Assembly (NCBI RefSeq): GCF_002571385.2
Contig: NW_019217891.1
Location: 25,290-89,289, forward strand
Reading direction: 5' to 3'
Source: Stylophora pistillata
Lineage: Eukaryota
DNA length: 64,000 nt
A model generated the notes under the pieces. It had not been told where the DNA came from. It searched no databases and was given only the letters and a program-made list of their open reading frames with translations. Within the stretch, counting starts at the first letter, position 1. Each line of letters starts with the position of its first letter. Of the stretch, positions 12,167-25,103 are shown piece by piece. A program made the translations under genes and the position numbers.

Positions 12167-14923
12167 AGAGTGGCTGGTTACAAAGCACCTACGCGAGAAC
12201 TTTAGGGTGTGGCCGGCTGTATCCCACGTGGATTCTAGACCAGAGCCGTAGGATATGGCTGACTTGGTGTATCCCACGTGGCTTCTTTGTGCCTATGCTG
12301 GCCATGGATGCGAGATGATAGCTTCTTAAGAGAACGGAATTACTTTTAATGTGTGTAATTTATACTGCATCGTCTTTGATAGATTATTTACCATCCTTCC
12401 TCAATTTTTTCCCTCCTGAGCTTGTTTTCATTTCATTTCTGTATCATCGATCGTCATGGATGTCAGTCAGTTTGTAAAATAATAATGATGGTAATTTGAC
12501 AGGTGGAAATTTATCTCATAAAATGGAAAAAAGAATCGAATTTAATATGAACAAAAGCTGAACGATTTTCCAGCGATAAATAAAGTTCAGTAAAAAGTTG
12601 AATTGTTAACTACCAATTTTCTAGCTGCTTTTTGTTCAGAGGAAAATTTTTCCATCTTCGGCGGCGGTGGAAAACTTTCCAAAACAGAGGCTGATTGATA
12701 TGCTGCATATAACATAAAAATGAGACTTAAGAGATTTCTAAAATGACAACGAACTTTATGAAAAAAAAATTCCATTTTCAAACGCAAGCACTGAACGAAT
12801 TTAAACTATGTAACCTGAACCTGAATTGCTAACAAAAGAATCGTACACTGTGCCGATTTGCGTGCGGTAAATTACTCCATCTAATTTTCACAACAAACCG
12901 TAAATGCAAATTTGTGGTAAAATTATTGTGTCGGTTTAAAATTTTGATTGAATCATTTGTTGTATGTTTTTTGCCAAACCATTCAGTAAACGCCAGAAGT
13001 GATAAATATCTACCAAGGTGTTGTCTTGAAATGACACCAAGTTCTCATGCAATTGCTGATTGACAAGGAGGTGCAAATCAATTAGAAGAAATACTGATCA
13101 GACATTGCAAGTTACAGGGTTTATAAACGGCAGGTTTATCTCATTCCACAACTTTTTACAGTCGATACACAAATTTTCAGTCGACTCTGGGCAGACTTCG
13201 AACTGTGAACGAACTTGTCAGTGACAAAGCTTTGGGTTGGGTGAATGATATTTTTCTTAATTACCTTAGAGATATTTGTCAAATGAAACTTTATTTGCAA
13301 ATTTTATTAAAAGAAGCATGCTGGAAAGAAAGAAATAGCAAGAGTCTATTTAAATCCTCAACGAAGTACAATTACCACTTAATTTCTTCAGTTGCTCCGA
13401 TATAGAATTTTTTAGTCTGTACAAATATTTTATTGATCTTGTAGTCAGCTAGTTTGTATAAAGTTGCAAAGGTTATTTTTCCTTTTCCTGCAATTTGATT
13501 GGTTTCAAGCCTTGTACTCTGATCGGTTGTTTTACTTTAGTAAAGCTTTCTCATTGGCTAGGGAAAAGATGCGATTTAGCGCAAATTACAAAAGAAAAAT
13601 TGAGAGATTCGTGAATAAATCGCACGCACGAGAGCCAATCAGATGACGGTGATATAGAAAATGTAGAATGTAAAATAACCATAAATCATTACTAGATGCG
13701 TAAATTCTTCAGAAAGGCAATGCAAATTGGGATTTGATCTATCCAACAAAATATAAATTCATCATTAAAAACCACTTTGTAGCTTTGGGCGTTGAATCAG
13801 TTTCACAACAAGGAGTGACAAAAACGGTCTTTCTCTTTACAAAGTCACTACATTTTCAAACAATAAGGCGAGAAGAGGAAAGAATAATATCAACTAGGTA
13901 TACCTTTTTGGATATTTCTAAACACAAATTCTCAATATTTAAACCACATAAAAAGGCGGACATAAGGGAGATCTGACTTCTATATCTTGCAAGTTTAGAG
14001 GTTAAAAGACGGACTTATTTACTTATCACAGGTGCAACACACATCCACATATCACATGAAACTCACTTTGCATAAGATACCACTTTTACTTAAATCTCAT
14101 AATTTTTCAAAGTCAATATTTAAAATTTAAATATATTAAAACGGATACTCCGATAACAATCCTTCAGTAGTAAACTCTAAGATGTACTCTACATCTTTTT
14201 AAATATTTTAAAATCCCCAAAAGGGCATAATCATTTCAAATAACTTTCCTACTATTGACACATAAAACGCCACGACACTTGTACTTCGCTGACGCTTAAA
14301 TAAGGCGTTCTCACAATATATGCTCAAAGGCCATTCTCAGGAAGGAAAAAATGTGGATTGAACTGAATTAAGAAAAAAAAACTTCATAAATATGAATATG
14401 AAGACCAGCCCCTAAATTATCCCAACATGGGTTTTACACATCCAAACCCAATAAAGAGAAGTCTTGCACCATAAATACTTGATCCCCATCGCAAAAAGAA
14501 CGTGGCTGTAACTATGTTAATAAATAAACTAAATGAAACTAACCTTGGAACAAAATGTACACGTAGTAAAAACCACAATTGTAATCAAAATAAAATAACC
14601 ACCACGATACCTTCCCAACCAGTGTTCTAAAAATGTATTACCCCCTTTACCCTCTACGAGTAACTTCCACCTAAATTTCTCCTTACAATATCACAGAATC
14701 CAACATTAAGGTCATAAGAAGAACGGAAGTGATCATCAACTAAACAAGCTCTTGATCGTTTAAATATCTTCCTTGGAATTATCAAGGGAAATGTATAAAG
14801 AATTGTGTGGATAATATGAAAACTGATGTCCGAGTGTGAGGGGTTCACTAAGAGAATTCGAATATTCCACACGTGTCTTTAAACACAGAGTTAACAACAC
14901 CGCCCCACTCCTTCCTTCTTGGA

Positions 14924-17900
14924 TCAAACATCTGTTTCTCTTATCAACAGGGGTGTTGGGTCTCTCCGAGCGACAACTGGTTGCCACCATAACAGAGACA
15001 GTTGAACAGGTAATATACACAGGCCATGGAGAAGTCCGAACGAAACAATACCCACAAACATGCGGAAGAAAATGCGGTAGATCTCCGACGTGGCAAAGAC
15101 TAACACCAGCATTCCAAGAAAGGTGCTGAAACCTGTTTGAAGAATAACAAATTTGAGTAAAAACGTCAGAAACAAGAGGAAGAATTTAATCAGCCTAGAA
15201 GTACTAAGCAATTTGATAGATTGTTTCGCTTCCTGATGAGCGAGATGCAAAGGCGCATTAGTCACTGCGGCAAACTTTGAATGTAGAGGTTTCGGTTAGA
15301 CCTTTGTCGGCACGCTATGTACCAAAGCCCCCTGCTAAACGATTATAAATGTCTGACATGGATTCAAATTTTAAACTAAAGATTCTCAGGAAATGCAACA
15401 CTGATTAGGTGACGCTTTAGGAAATGACCGAATAAAAAGTGATGTTTTTGGTGCCTCGATTAATTTCCCAAGCAATTAAGGGCGTGTTGGTGGCTTCGGG
15501 CTTAATTCACCATCAAAAGGAGAGCATGAAAGGAAAGAACATAAGTGGGGCGCCTACCTCCCATAAATACACTGGCACCAAGCGTACTAACAGCGTCAAT
15601 GACTCTCTTGTTGGTTGTGTCCTCCTCAGACATAACAAACGCATGCGCAATATGTGCACTGTAGTCCACGGCAAAACCAATGGCCATGACAAGAGTAATC
15701 ATTGAGACGCCATTTAACGACACGTCCCAGATGAACATCAACGCAAACAGCTCGAGCACCAGAGCCACAAAATTAAACACAACCAGAAGCGTCACCGTGC
15801 AATCGACTAGGAACAGGGATGTTACCACAAGAACAGCCAGGGCCGCTATGATAAGATTCCTGGTGGTCTCTCTTCCAACGATTGCATACTGTTCGAAAAA
15901 GATAAATGGACGACTGATCGGTATCACGTCGAGTGAAGATTTCTTGGCAAGATCCTCCCGAATTGTCAACATAGCATCCTTCTGAAACGTGGAGCTTAGA
16001 TTGTTCTTCATGAAAGCCATGACACGAGACGCAATGACGCGACTTCCGTTGGCCGACAGTTTCACATCTTGGTTGAAAGACAAAAACTCAGGACTTTCAA
16101 GGAACAGTCTTAGCGCAGGCGTAAACTTTGATCCAGTAACGTTAATCCCACTTGCAGCAGAGAAATGAGTGAAAACTTCCATCCAAGATACAATTTGAGT
16201 TCGGTAATAGCCATTATCCCTAACAATTTTTGACAAGCGCCTAACCTCGTCTTGGACAGTGGGCTCAGTGTAATCAATATCACCTGTAAGTACTAAGCTA
16301 ACAGGAATGGAGTGTTCGTAATATTTCTCTCGAACGTTCAGAAATTTCAAAAGCGCAGAGTCATCTTTCGCCAGCATTCTTCTATCAAAATTTTCTGTCA
16401 CCTTCGTCGTTCCATAAATTCCCAAGGCAAGGATTGCCGCAGAAATGACAAGCACAACAAATTTCGTTGCAGGTAACACAAGAAAGTTCGCCCAGATCTT
16501 TAGAATACGGTTCGATGTCTGAGGGCGTGGCGCGTCCCATGGGACTTGGCCATCTTTCGGGGGTGGCGCTCTGCACACAGGCAGGCAGTCTCTCCGGCCG
16601 GCTTTTATTCTTCTGATGTCAAAGGTCATTGCGGCGACGAAAAAGGTTATCATCATGGCATAAGACAGCGTGACAGCTAAGGCTGCGTAAATGCAAAAGT
16701 ATCTGAAAGAGATGGATGGAGAAATCTAGTCAGGAAGCAAACTGCAAAATAGTCCTGACTTGCTCTTAAATGTGCAGTCCTTCATAAAAGTAGATAGCAC
16801 GAAAAACGAGTGACAAATAAAAGAATTTTGACGCAAGGCACTGACTCAAAGTAGCCCCTTCCAGCCTGTTAGATTACAACGGTGCGATTATTTCAGTGTG
16901 GTTTACATTTTGTCGTTGTTTTCTTACTAAAAGTCTGGAAAAATTTAAATTTTTAAGAGTCTGTTTAGGAAGGTAGTCTTGCTGAGATGCGCTTTTCACA
17001 ATACTGTTTTGTGATATGTGCTCCAGTTGAATCCATTACCCTCTGGTTAAGAAGGTCCCTGTCATTCTGTGCTGCCTAAATATAAGGCTGCGCATACCTC
17101 CACCTTGAGCAATGAAGGGAAAAAAGGACCAAAAACTATTAAATCTCACCTGATAGCCGGAAAAGCAGTCGATGTACTCACGGCAAATGCAACCAGGTCA
17201 GTCAAGGTTGTCATAGTAACTGTAGCTCCTGTACGTGACATTACTTCTTTGACGATCCTGATGACGCCCACATCACGTGGTTGTCGATCAAGTTCATCCA
17301 CTATAATAAACATATCATCGATGCCTATACTTAACACTAGGAAGGGAACGACGCCTATCATGTTTACGTACGTCACACGGGACCACATGCCCAGACCCAT
17401 TCCCGCTAATATTCCAAAAGCCACTGCGAGCACTCCTACGTTTGCGAGTATCGAGTGACCGGTCAGCGGATTAAGAAATTTTCCAAGCATGAAACAGGCG
17501 AATGAAATCATAATAGTAAAGGTGATCGATATTAGAGTTATATCAGCGCTACTGTTTTCTTTAATAGCATCATCTGTGCTTCTCTCTGCCTCGTAGTAAA
17601 TCTCAAAACAGGTGGCGGACGTGGAAGCCACTTTGTCAAGGAAGGTCTTTTCCCATTCGAGGACTTTCTTGGTGACATCATCCTCGGGTGGGTCTCTGAT
17701 CAAATATTTCAGTTGCATTGCGCGTGCGCCAGTTATTGCACGATCGCTTGTCTGTTTTGTCACGTCACCGAAAATCTGGCGAAAATTTCGCTGGAAAAGC
17801 TGTCCGTCTCGCATTAACAAACTCTTCTTGTTGAACGCTGTGTTGATTTCTGTTTGAATTTGTACCAACGACCTGTTGCTAAAATTTCTGTCTAAGAAAA

Positions 17901-20283
17901 CTTGAAACGGATCAATAGTCACGCAATCCTTCCAGGTACTAGCCTTCTGTCCAGAAAGAGTCAAACAAAATTCTGTAAACGACTTCAACATTACTATTTG
18001 ACTGTGTACATTTTGGGCCTCCGTCAGGCATTCTGCAGCAAGGATGTTGGGATTTTCTGCATGGGCTACTAAAATTACGCTCGCTACACGAACCTTAAGT
18101 CGAAAATATTTTTCAGCTATGTTTAAATCGTTGATGGCTCTACTGTCTTGAGGAATGAAGAGTTTTTCAGTTCTGCTTTCTGTTTTCAGCCACAAGAATC
18201 CCACAGAACAGAACGAAACGAAGAAAATACAGATCATAATACAAGCCACAGGGTGCCCAGCTATGATTTCCCCAAGATGCCCAACTAGATGTTGTAGTAG
18301 GCGAACAAACCGACTGCACAGAGCAGACCACTCATCACACAGATTGCAGTGATGTTTCCTGGTGAACGATCAAAATAAAAAGAAAATTGTTTTACTGGTT
18401 GTCAGTGACCCACACATCAGTTATGCCTTAAACGTGACTGAAATAGGCGCCTGAGTTAACCTGTTATAGGCGTTCACTTGGCGAAATAGTAGCGGCGAAG
18501 CGGGAAAGGAAATGACGGAAGCCCCTCTCCTTTTTTCGCTCCACTGCTATGCTGCAGCGGGGTTTACAATCTTGCCTCGCTTAACTTACTTCACACTTGC
18601 AACAAGCTAATGAACTTTGACTAACTATTGAAAGAAAGGGACGCGCGGTGGCCTCATAGTGCGCTCGTCTCCGGATCGATCGAGTGGTACGGGTTCGAGC
18701 CTTGGCTGGAGTATTGTGTTGTGTTCTTAGTACGACACTTTACTCTAACAGATGCCTTTCTTCACCCAGGTCTTTAAATGGATACCAGCGAATCAATGCT
18801 GGGGGGTAACCCAACTAGTATCCCATCCAGGGGGGAACAGAAATACACGTACTCGCTTCATGCTACAGAAACCAGAGTAAAGCGCTAGCCTGATGGGCCG
18901 CTTGGCTAGTAAATAGACTGTACTTTTTTAACTATTAAAAGAAGCAGATCCTGGTTTGAGTACTGCATTGGTCATTCATTGTTAGGTTGGATACACTTCT
19001 CTCATAAAGCCTGTCTCCACCCAGCAGTGTGGTAAAGATGAAGTCAGCAATCAAGCCAACTGGTTCATCTGGCCAAGGTTTACCCTAGTTTATTATGACA
19101 TGAAGCAACTAGGAAAATGGCTACTTCCCCTGGATGGAGAGTTAATCCTTAGCAGGTAACCTTTCCCACCCCCTTCTACATCTCACCAGATAACCCTAAC
19201 AGTTTCCTGGTTCACCCATTTTAAACTCTTGGATGGAGAGGCACTGTCAGTGAAAGTTAAGTGTCTTATCCAAGTACCCAGGCTCACAGTCCGACCATTT
19301 GACCCAAAGTTTAACACATTTACACCATACTATACTGTACTGTTAGGCAGTAGCATCTCCCACCTTTGAGCACAATAACCTACAAACTTTCCTGGAGAAC
19401 AACATGTCAATGGTCCATTTTACAGTTGTGTGCTTGGTTGCCCAGCCTGTGAACAGGAGTGAGGCTTAGGGTGACCTTCTTACCATACAAACATTGCTGC
19501 TTTTCAATTGTTAATTACTTTTTTATTATGCTACCTACTAGAAGATACTTGTCTCTGTCAAAACAGTCACCTTCAGCCCCACTCCAAATCAAAGGCTTGG
19601 CAACTAAGTACACAACTGTAAAAGTGGTTCACCACTTATGTTTGAAGGTAACCTGTGATGGACAAGGATCACATCTCAGTCAAGCACCATTACTCCTGGT
19701 TACCTAATGCCATAGAAACAGAGATACCTACTGTACTTCTAAAACTGATCAACAAGAACCTTTTTGTAAAATTTTTTTTTCTGCCAGGCAAAATGGTGAG
19801 GTATAATGAAGCCAGTTTTCTCATTAAAGTCCATATTAGCCTGATAACTGAAACAGCTTAGGACTGATGAATGCCTGACAGTCAAAGTGCAACATTTGAA
19901 AATGAAAATAAGTTTTTTGGTTTGTTATATAGAAATTCAATAGCCTATTAAAGTCACTGTTGAGGTGGGTGATTGGTGATTTTTAACACATGTATTTCTT
20001 GGTGACCTAATTGTCTTAAAATTAATATTGGAAACTTCAAGGAGGCTCAGTGTTTCAGTTTTCAGCTAGGGGGCCCAATAGCATAATGTATTTCAAGATT
20101 TATTCCAACTCTCCGGAAAGGGAATCATTCAGATTCATCAACTCATTTACACTCTTGGGGTTATCCAATCAGGTAACACATGGTCATATATCACATATTC
20201 TCACAGGATCAAATATAGTTGTTGTTATCATTCAGACTTGTAACATTGAAAAAATTTAACGTTCTATAATCTCACTTGGGCAT
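14924..20283 (-). CDS. Patched-domain-containing/NPC1-family sterol-sensing-domain RND transporter (PTCHD3-like), ~856 aa
   Basis: Exons (minus): 20283-20276 (ATG CCC AA; alternative in-frame ATG at 20349), 18358-17150, 16702-15558, 15132-14924, all phase-consistent. Motifs: LFIPQDS, WEKTF, SSD with VPFLVLSIGIDDMFII and TMTTLTDLVAFAV..FPAIRYFC, second repeat LVMAIGFAVDYSAHI, FFRMF..GLLHGL.ILPV. There is no NPC1 N-terminal domain. The first coding exon is less certain than the other three. Confidence 0.9.
18638..18928 (+). mobile_element. SINE family 1 copy
   Basis: gggacgcgcggtggcctcatagtgcgctcgtctccggatcg...gggttcgagccttgg...tgtgttcttag...cacccaggtctttaaatgg; matches the reverse complement of 9382-9683. 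Confidence 0.8.
19052..19343 (-). mobile_element. SINE family 1 degenerate copy
   Basis: gcaactaggaaaatggctacttcccctggatgg...cccattttaaactcttggatggagaggcactgt...aagtgtcttatccaag aligns with 9382-9683. Confidence 0.7.
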
Positions 20284-20524
20284 CCTTACAAGACCCGGGT
20301 ACCATGCAAAATTTAATATTTGCGTCAACTTGCCTATCCTTGGTATCATGACTCAGTAATATCATTATATTACATGGTCAGTCAACATTTCAATTTTTAT
20401 TTTGAACTCTCCAGCACAAATGAATTGAACAGTAACTCATGGAGGGAAGATTGAAAACGTCACCACGTGATTAATCAAGGAAACCCCCCAGGAATCTATG
20501 AAATGCACAGGGCAGACAGGGTGA

Positions 20525-21014
20525 TCAATTTGCAACAATACACAAACATAGCATATTCAACATTTGTAATATCTTGTCTACATCTGAAAATAAGCGTACC
20601 GACTGTGTATTCTGAAAACTTTGCGGTCAGATAAAGACAGGAAATATCTATTTAAAAAGATCACCTGTTCAACTTGACAGTATTGTTGTGCGAAGCAAAT
20701 TTCTTAGCTTTGAAAATTATATTTTTTAATAAGACCTTGACCGAAAAATCAAAATCTTCAATAATTTACATAAATGTGGAATGAATTCAGAATACACGCT
20801 GTGTTCTTGTTTCGTGTGAGTTTCGGTTTTGAGCTGAAGTAAACACCTGGCAACCTGTCAATAGCGAACTAAGCTGATATGAATACTTAACTCACCAAAG
20901 AAAGATCCACGAAATCAGAGTTTATGGATTAAATCTGAGCCAAAAATATAACAATTTCTCACCTTTCTTCGCTCTTATGGTTCGCAGTCTCTTTAGAGGT
21001 GTGTACGACACCAT
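20525..21014 (-). other. Putative spliced upstream ORF (36 aa) in the 5' leader of the PTCHD3-like gene
   Basis: aaaATGG at 21014; exon 21014-20963 with AAG|gtgaga donor; acceptor ttttcag| at 20583. Reads MVSYTPLKRLRTIRAKKDVDKILQMLNMLCLCIVAN*. The same downstream exon ends at the phase-2 donor (20276) needed for the main ORF. Confidence 0.45.
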
Positions 21015-21477
21015 TTTGTTCCACCAAGAACGGTTGGTTGGCAGTCAATTCGCTCATCCTACACACTCCGATCTAAATTCGTCTAACAAAGGAAGGATGA
21101 AGTTAAGTGAAACAGATTGATGCGACAGTATATCGGAAAAACCCCTGATTCTTCTGGGCTTTTATGAATGACTGCTGCATATTAGATCAATCCGTCGAAC
21201 TTCCAAACCTTGTTTGACTCTTGATTTAGAATCGTAAGAGGCATTTACACAGAGCACACGATTCCATCATAATTTCAATCGTTGGTGTAAATTCTCCGCT
21301 CAGTCTTTCTATGAGCTGAATATCTCTGGTCAAAGTTCCTCTTGATATCGGCACGTTAACCCAAACATCTCTTTTCAGCTGCACAAAAACGACACTCTTT
21401 CAAGCAACTCAAAGTCCGCCGTAGTTCTTCACAGCGCTGATGCATTACCTTGATGCAAATTACCCAAACAGTCGCCA

Positions 21478-21497
21478 GTGACGTCACATGGGCAACC
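21478..21497. promoter_or_regulatory. Perfect CRE palindrome GTGACGTCAC overlapping GTCACATG E-box and GGCAAC half X-box; candidate promoter of the PTCHD3-like gene
   Basis: Sequence gtgacgtcacatgggcaacc lies ~460 bp upstream of the putative uORF start. Confidence 0.4.
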
Positions 21498-21661
21498 CAA
21501 ATTCATTCTGCTTCATAGGCACTCAGAAACGAAAACGAAAACGAGTCCTTTTTATTTCCCGTTTTCTTTTACTATAGCTTCATTATCTCGGTGTCAAAAC
21601 TGCAGAGATAACATTCAGCGCCAAAGGAGAAAGGTTATGCGTCGGTTTGGTACTAGAAAAT

Positions 21662-21990
21662 CTCATGGTCTTAAAATAAGTGATCAATACTCATGGTCTT
21701 AAAATAAGTGAGGAGAATTTGCTACCTTTCTATAATATCAAGAAATGGATAGATATTCTAGTCTTCTCGGATAAGGACGAATAAACCGTAGGCCCCGTCT
21801 CCTGCAGGGTTAGGGATAGGAGACGTTAATTTCCCACGCACGAGATTACTGTGTGGTGGATGTCCTCCCCTGGGGTGGGATGGGTGGGAAGGTGAGAACG
21901 TTACATGGACTGAAGCGGCTGCCAGAGGCGCCTGATAATGCTGACGTCCGATCTCAACCTTATCATTGTAACTAGACACGTTTGTTGTTT
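21662..21990 (+). mobile_element. SINE family 2, headless copy with short tandem duplication at its 5' end
   Basis: Body ggtcttaaaataagtgaggag...tagtcttctcggataagg...ctcctgcagggttaggg...gatgtcctcccctggggtgg is the reverse complement of 38565-38760. ctcatggtcttaaaataagtga is duplicated at 21662 and 21690. Confidence 0.75.
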
Positions 21991-23815
21991 AGAGTGCTTA
22001 ACACTTTCTTTCTTTCTAGAAAATTGCCTAATATCCAAATTCTGACAGAATCAGTTTACACACAAATAACGAACTTTCCATTGTCTGCCTTCGAGTTTCT
22101 TTTGTTTTTGATTTTTTCTTTTGTGTGTGACTGACATTTGATAGTACCTATGCTCATTATCGTTATCATCGTCATTATTACCATAATCATTATCATTAAC
22201 TCGCCTATTTAATCATTCCTTTGGAGGGCAATAAAGGAGACCGAAAATGCTGCCAATTCCTCGGTACCACTTACTTCCGTTTACGTCCATTTGCGAATGA
22301 AAGCGCAATACAGGAACGATGACTGCTTAATTGGAACTGCTAAAATCAATATTTCCCAATGCATCTGTGTACTTTCTTGTTGCTTTTAATCAAACGGTCA
22401 CATTTGTTTGGAAAACATGGGTGGGTGTAAGACAAAAATGTCAGGGCACACCATTACTTAAGAGCTCCAACAAATAACATAAAATAATAAGAAAAAACAT
22501 GCAATACACCGTGATATTTATTACGATCTTAGAATCATTTTTTTAAAGCTCGTCTTTATATCTGTCGCCAATGTCACAGCAGCTCTCTAGCACAAAATTT
22601 ACTGTAAAAATAAGTTTACACAACTATGACAAACAACATAAACTAAAAAGACCACTCCAAAGGGCACCAGATAAGCAAGTAGTCGATTAATTTTACTGAT
22701 ATAAAAATATATAATATTATGATGACTACAAAAAACACTTATTTACTACTCACACTAGCGTACAATTGACATTTCTCCTTTCATTTTAGGTTGTAGCCAA
22801 CATCAAAAGTCCCATGTAGCAAAAAAGTTCTTGCAGACCTCCATGATCATGCAAAACTGTAAGCGTAGGAAATAGCATTTCTATCAACCAAACTAATGGC
22901 AACTTCAACAACAATGAACAGAAACATTTATCAGTTACTCCATAACAGTAAAATATCTATAAAAGCTTATGATGAAGGGTTTCATCAAAACATTCAAGAC
23001 ACTCCTTATCATTTATTAGTGCACTTAAAAGTTCAGGAGCTAGTAAACACTGCTTTGTAACATTTTTACATAGCATGAGTTCTATTTCACCATCAGCACA
23101 AGTAATCTTTAATGTTAATGTTACTTCCCTGAAAAACAGAACTAATTACCATGATGCTATCTGCATTTACAGTAAGTACTGCATTGCATTATCATCTTAA
23201 AGATTAATTTTAAACAAGGTCATGAAACAATGCCCACATTCTGACTAATACTCTAATGCAAACATGCATTCTTAGTAGCTGCAGTACTTGGCATCTTTCA
23301 GCTGATGCATAGACAGCAGATATGAAAATTTCATAGTTTGATTGAGCCTTTGGCCTCGTCACTTGTCATCTATTCTCTTCTCTCTAGAGTAAAAAAATTA
23401 AAACTATTCACAATTAAATACCTCAGCAATGTACCAGGACACTACAGTATTCTAGTGATGCATTACAAGAGTGAAACAGAACATCTGAGTATAGTTTATA
23501 CCAAAATATAACTGTCACTTAACATCTCGGTTTTCTGTTTATTTGTTGTCAAATTTAAAGACACGATGAATTTACTCGATCTATCGTTCCCCTTTGTTCT
23601 CAAATTATCATCTAGTTCTGGCTTTTAGAACATCTGAGGTTCTACTACTTGAAATCACTCGTTTGAATTACATCATGCTTTAGAACTACATGTATGTGAA
23701 AATATCATGCACAGACAGTGTTCTACAAACAAATTACAAATTAGAGGGTAGCAAAGCTATTTCAGTTTAAAAATATTACCTACGTTTATCTCTTTTGTTC
23801 ATAAAACATCAAAAT

Positions 23816-24029
23816 TATGTCTGACAATTTGAAGCTTCAACACCCCCTGAGCAATCCCCCCTGAGATCTAAACGTTTGAAGATTACTTTTCCAATTCCAG
23901 TTCAAATTCCCCACCCCTGACAGTTAAGGTTCTAATTCCCTACCCACTGAGCATGGACAACAGTCAAATGTTTATGGGTTACCACAGGGGGGGAGGGGGG
24001 ATATTGAAGCTTCAAATTGATCAGCACAG
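23816..24029. mobile_element. MITE with TIRs
   Basis: caatttgaagcttcaa ... ttgaagcttcaaattg (16-bp perfect inverted repeat) flanking a ~160-bp non-coding core. Confidence 0.65.
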
Positions 24030-25103
24030 TGTCACTGAAGCTTCCTTAGTCATTATAAATTCACTTATAAAAGGGGAAGATCTTAATGTAATTGGATGTC
24101 TATGTGAAATAATTTTCATACTGATACTAACTACTATACATTTGCTGCTTATACAATTTACCTGTACAAAATGATATTTACATTGTACAAGTGAACAAAT
24201 TGTAACTGACAAATAAAATGCTTAAATGCTGTATTCAACATCAAATTCACCACCAAAACTGCAAAACAATTCTACTTTTTTCTGTCTTTGTATGTAGGAC
24301 TCCTGATTTATCATGATAACACTGGAATCACTACACCTTGTACACTGTACACTTACATCTTCTTAAAGACTTCATTCTTTGTGATAAAGCATGAACCCAT
24401 CACACCCAGCTGGTAAATGAACAACAACACTTCATTTTTGCCCTCCAAGAAAAATGCTCTCATCCACGTCAACCTAGTAACCTTAAACTAGGCTCAATAA
24501 GCCACACCTTTTTCCCCAAAACTTTGTAACAAATCAAGGGTGTGGTAGCTGTCCATAACATTATATTCTTCTAATTGGTAAGGATTTAAAGTATTCTCTT
24601 TTTTCAACATTATTGAGATTACATGGGTGTACAATCAATGAGGCAACCAATGTTAAGAGCTTTCTCAAGATTCCACTTGTAATTTCTTTGGATTTCTTTT
24701 CAAAATAACTTTTTTCCGAACTTTGATTTACCAAACTCTGATTTACCAAACTCAAGGTGTGGCTTATCTGCAAGTGCAGCTTATCTGCCAGTGTGTACCG
24801 TAATCAGACAATAACATTGATATGACAGCATTTTCATGACAAACTACAGACTTCCACTGTATTCACATAATTTCAGCCTCAAATAGATGAACATTGCGCC
24901 ATATTTCTCTAAAAGAAACATTGAATTTTTGGGAGGGTTTGAGACAAACCAAAATGACAAGCTGCACAATCCTAAAAATTATTTTCCATAATTTTTTTTC
25001 TCTCTCTTTTTTTCCCTATTTCATAACAGTACCTCTTCATTACCAAACAAAATAAAAGCGACATATCTTTAATAATTGCAATATTTGTCCTTTGATCATG
25101 TAA

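Noticed and set aside
24445-24801. Inverted ataagccacacctt / aaggtgtggcttat and a Tc-mariner-like right end
   Set aside because: Probably a decayed MITE, but the left terminus and TSD could not be defined.
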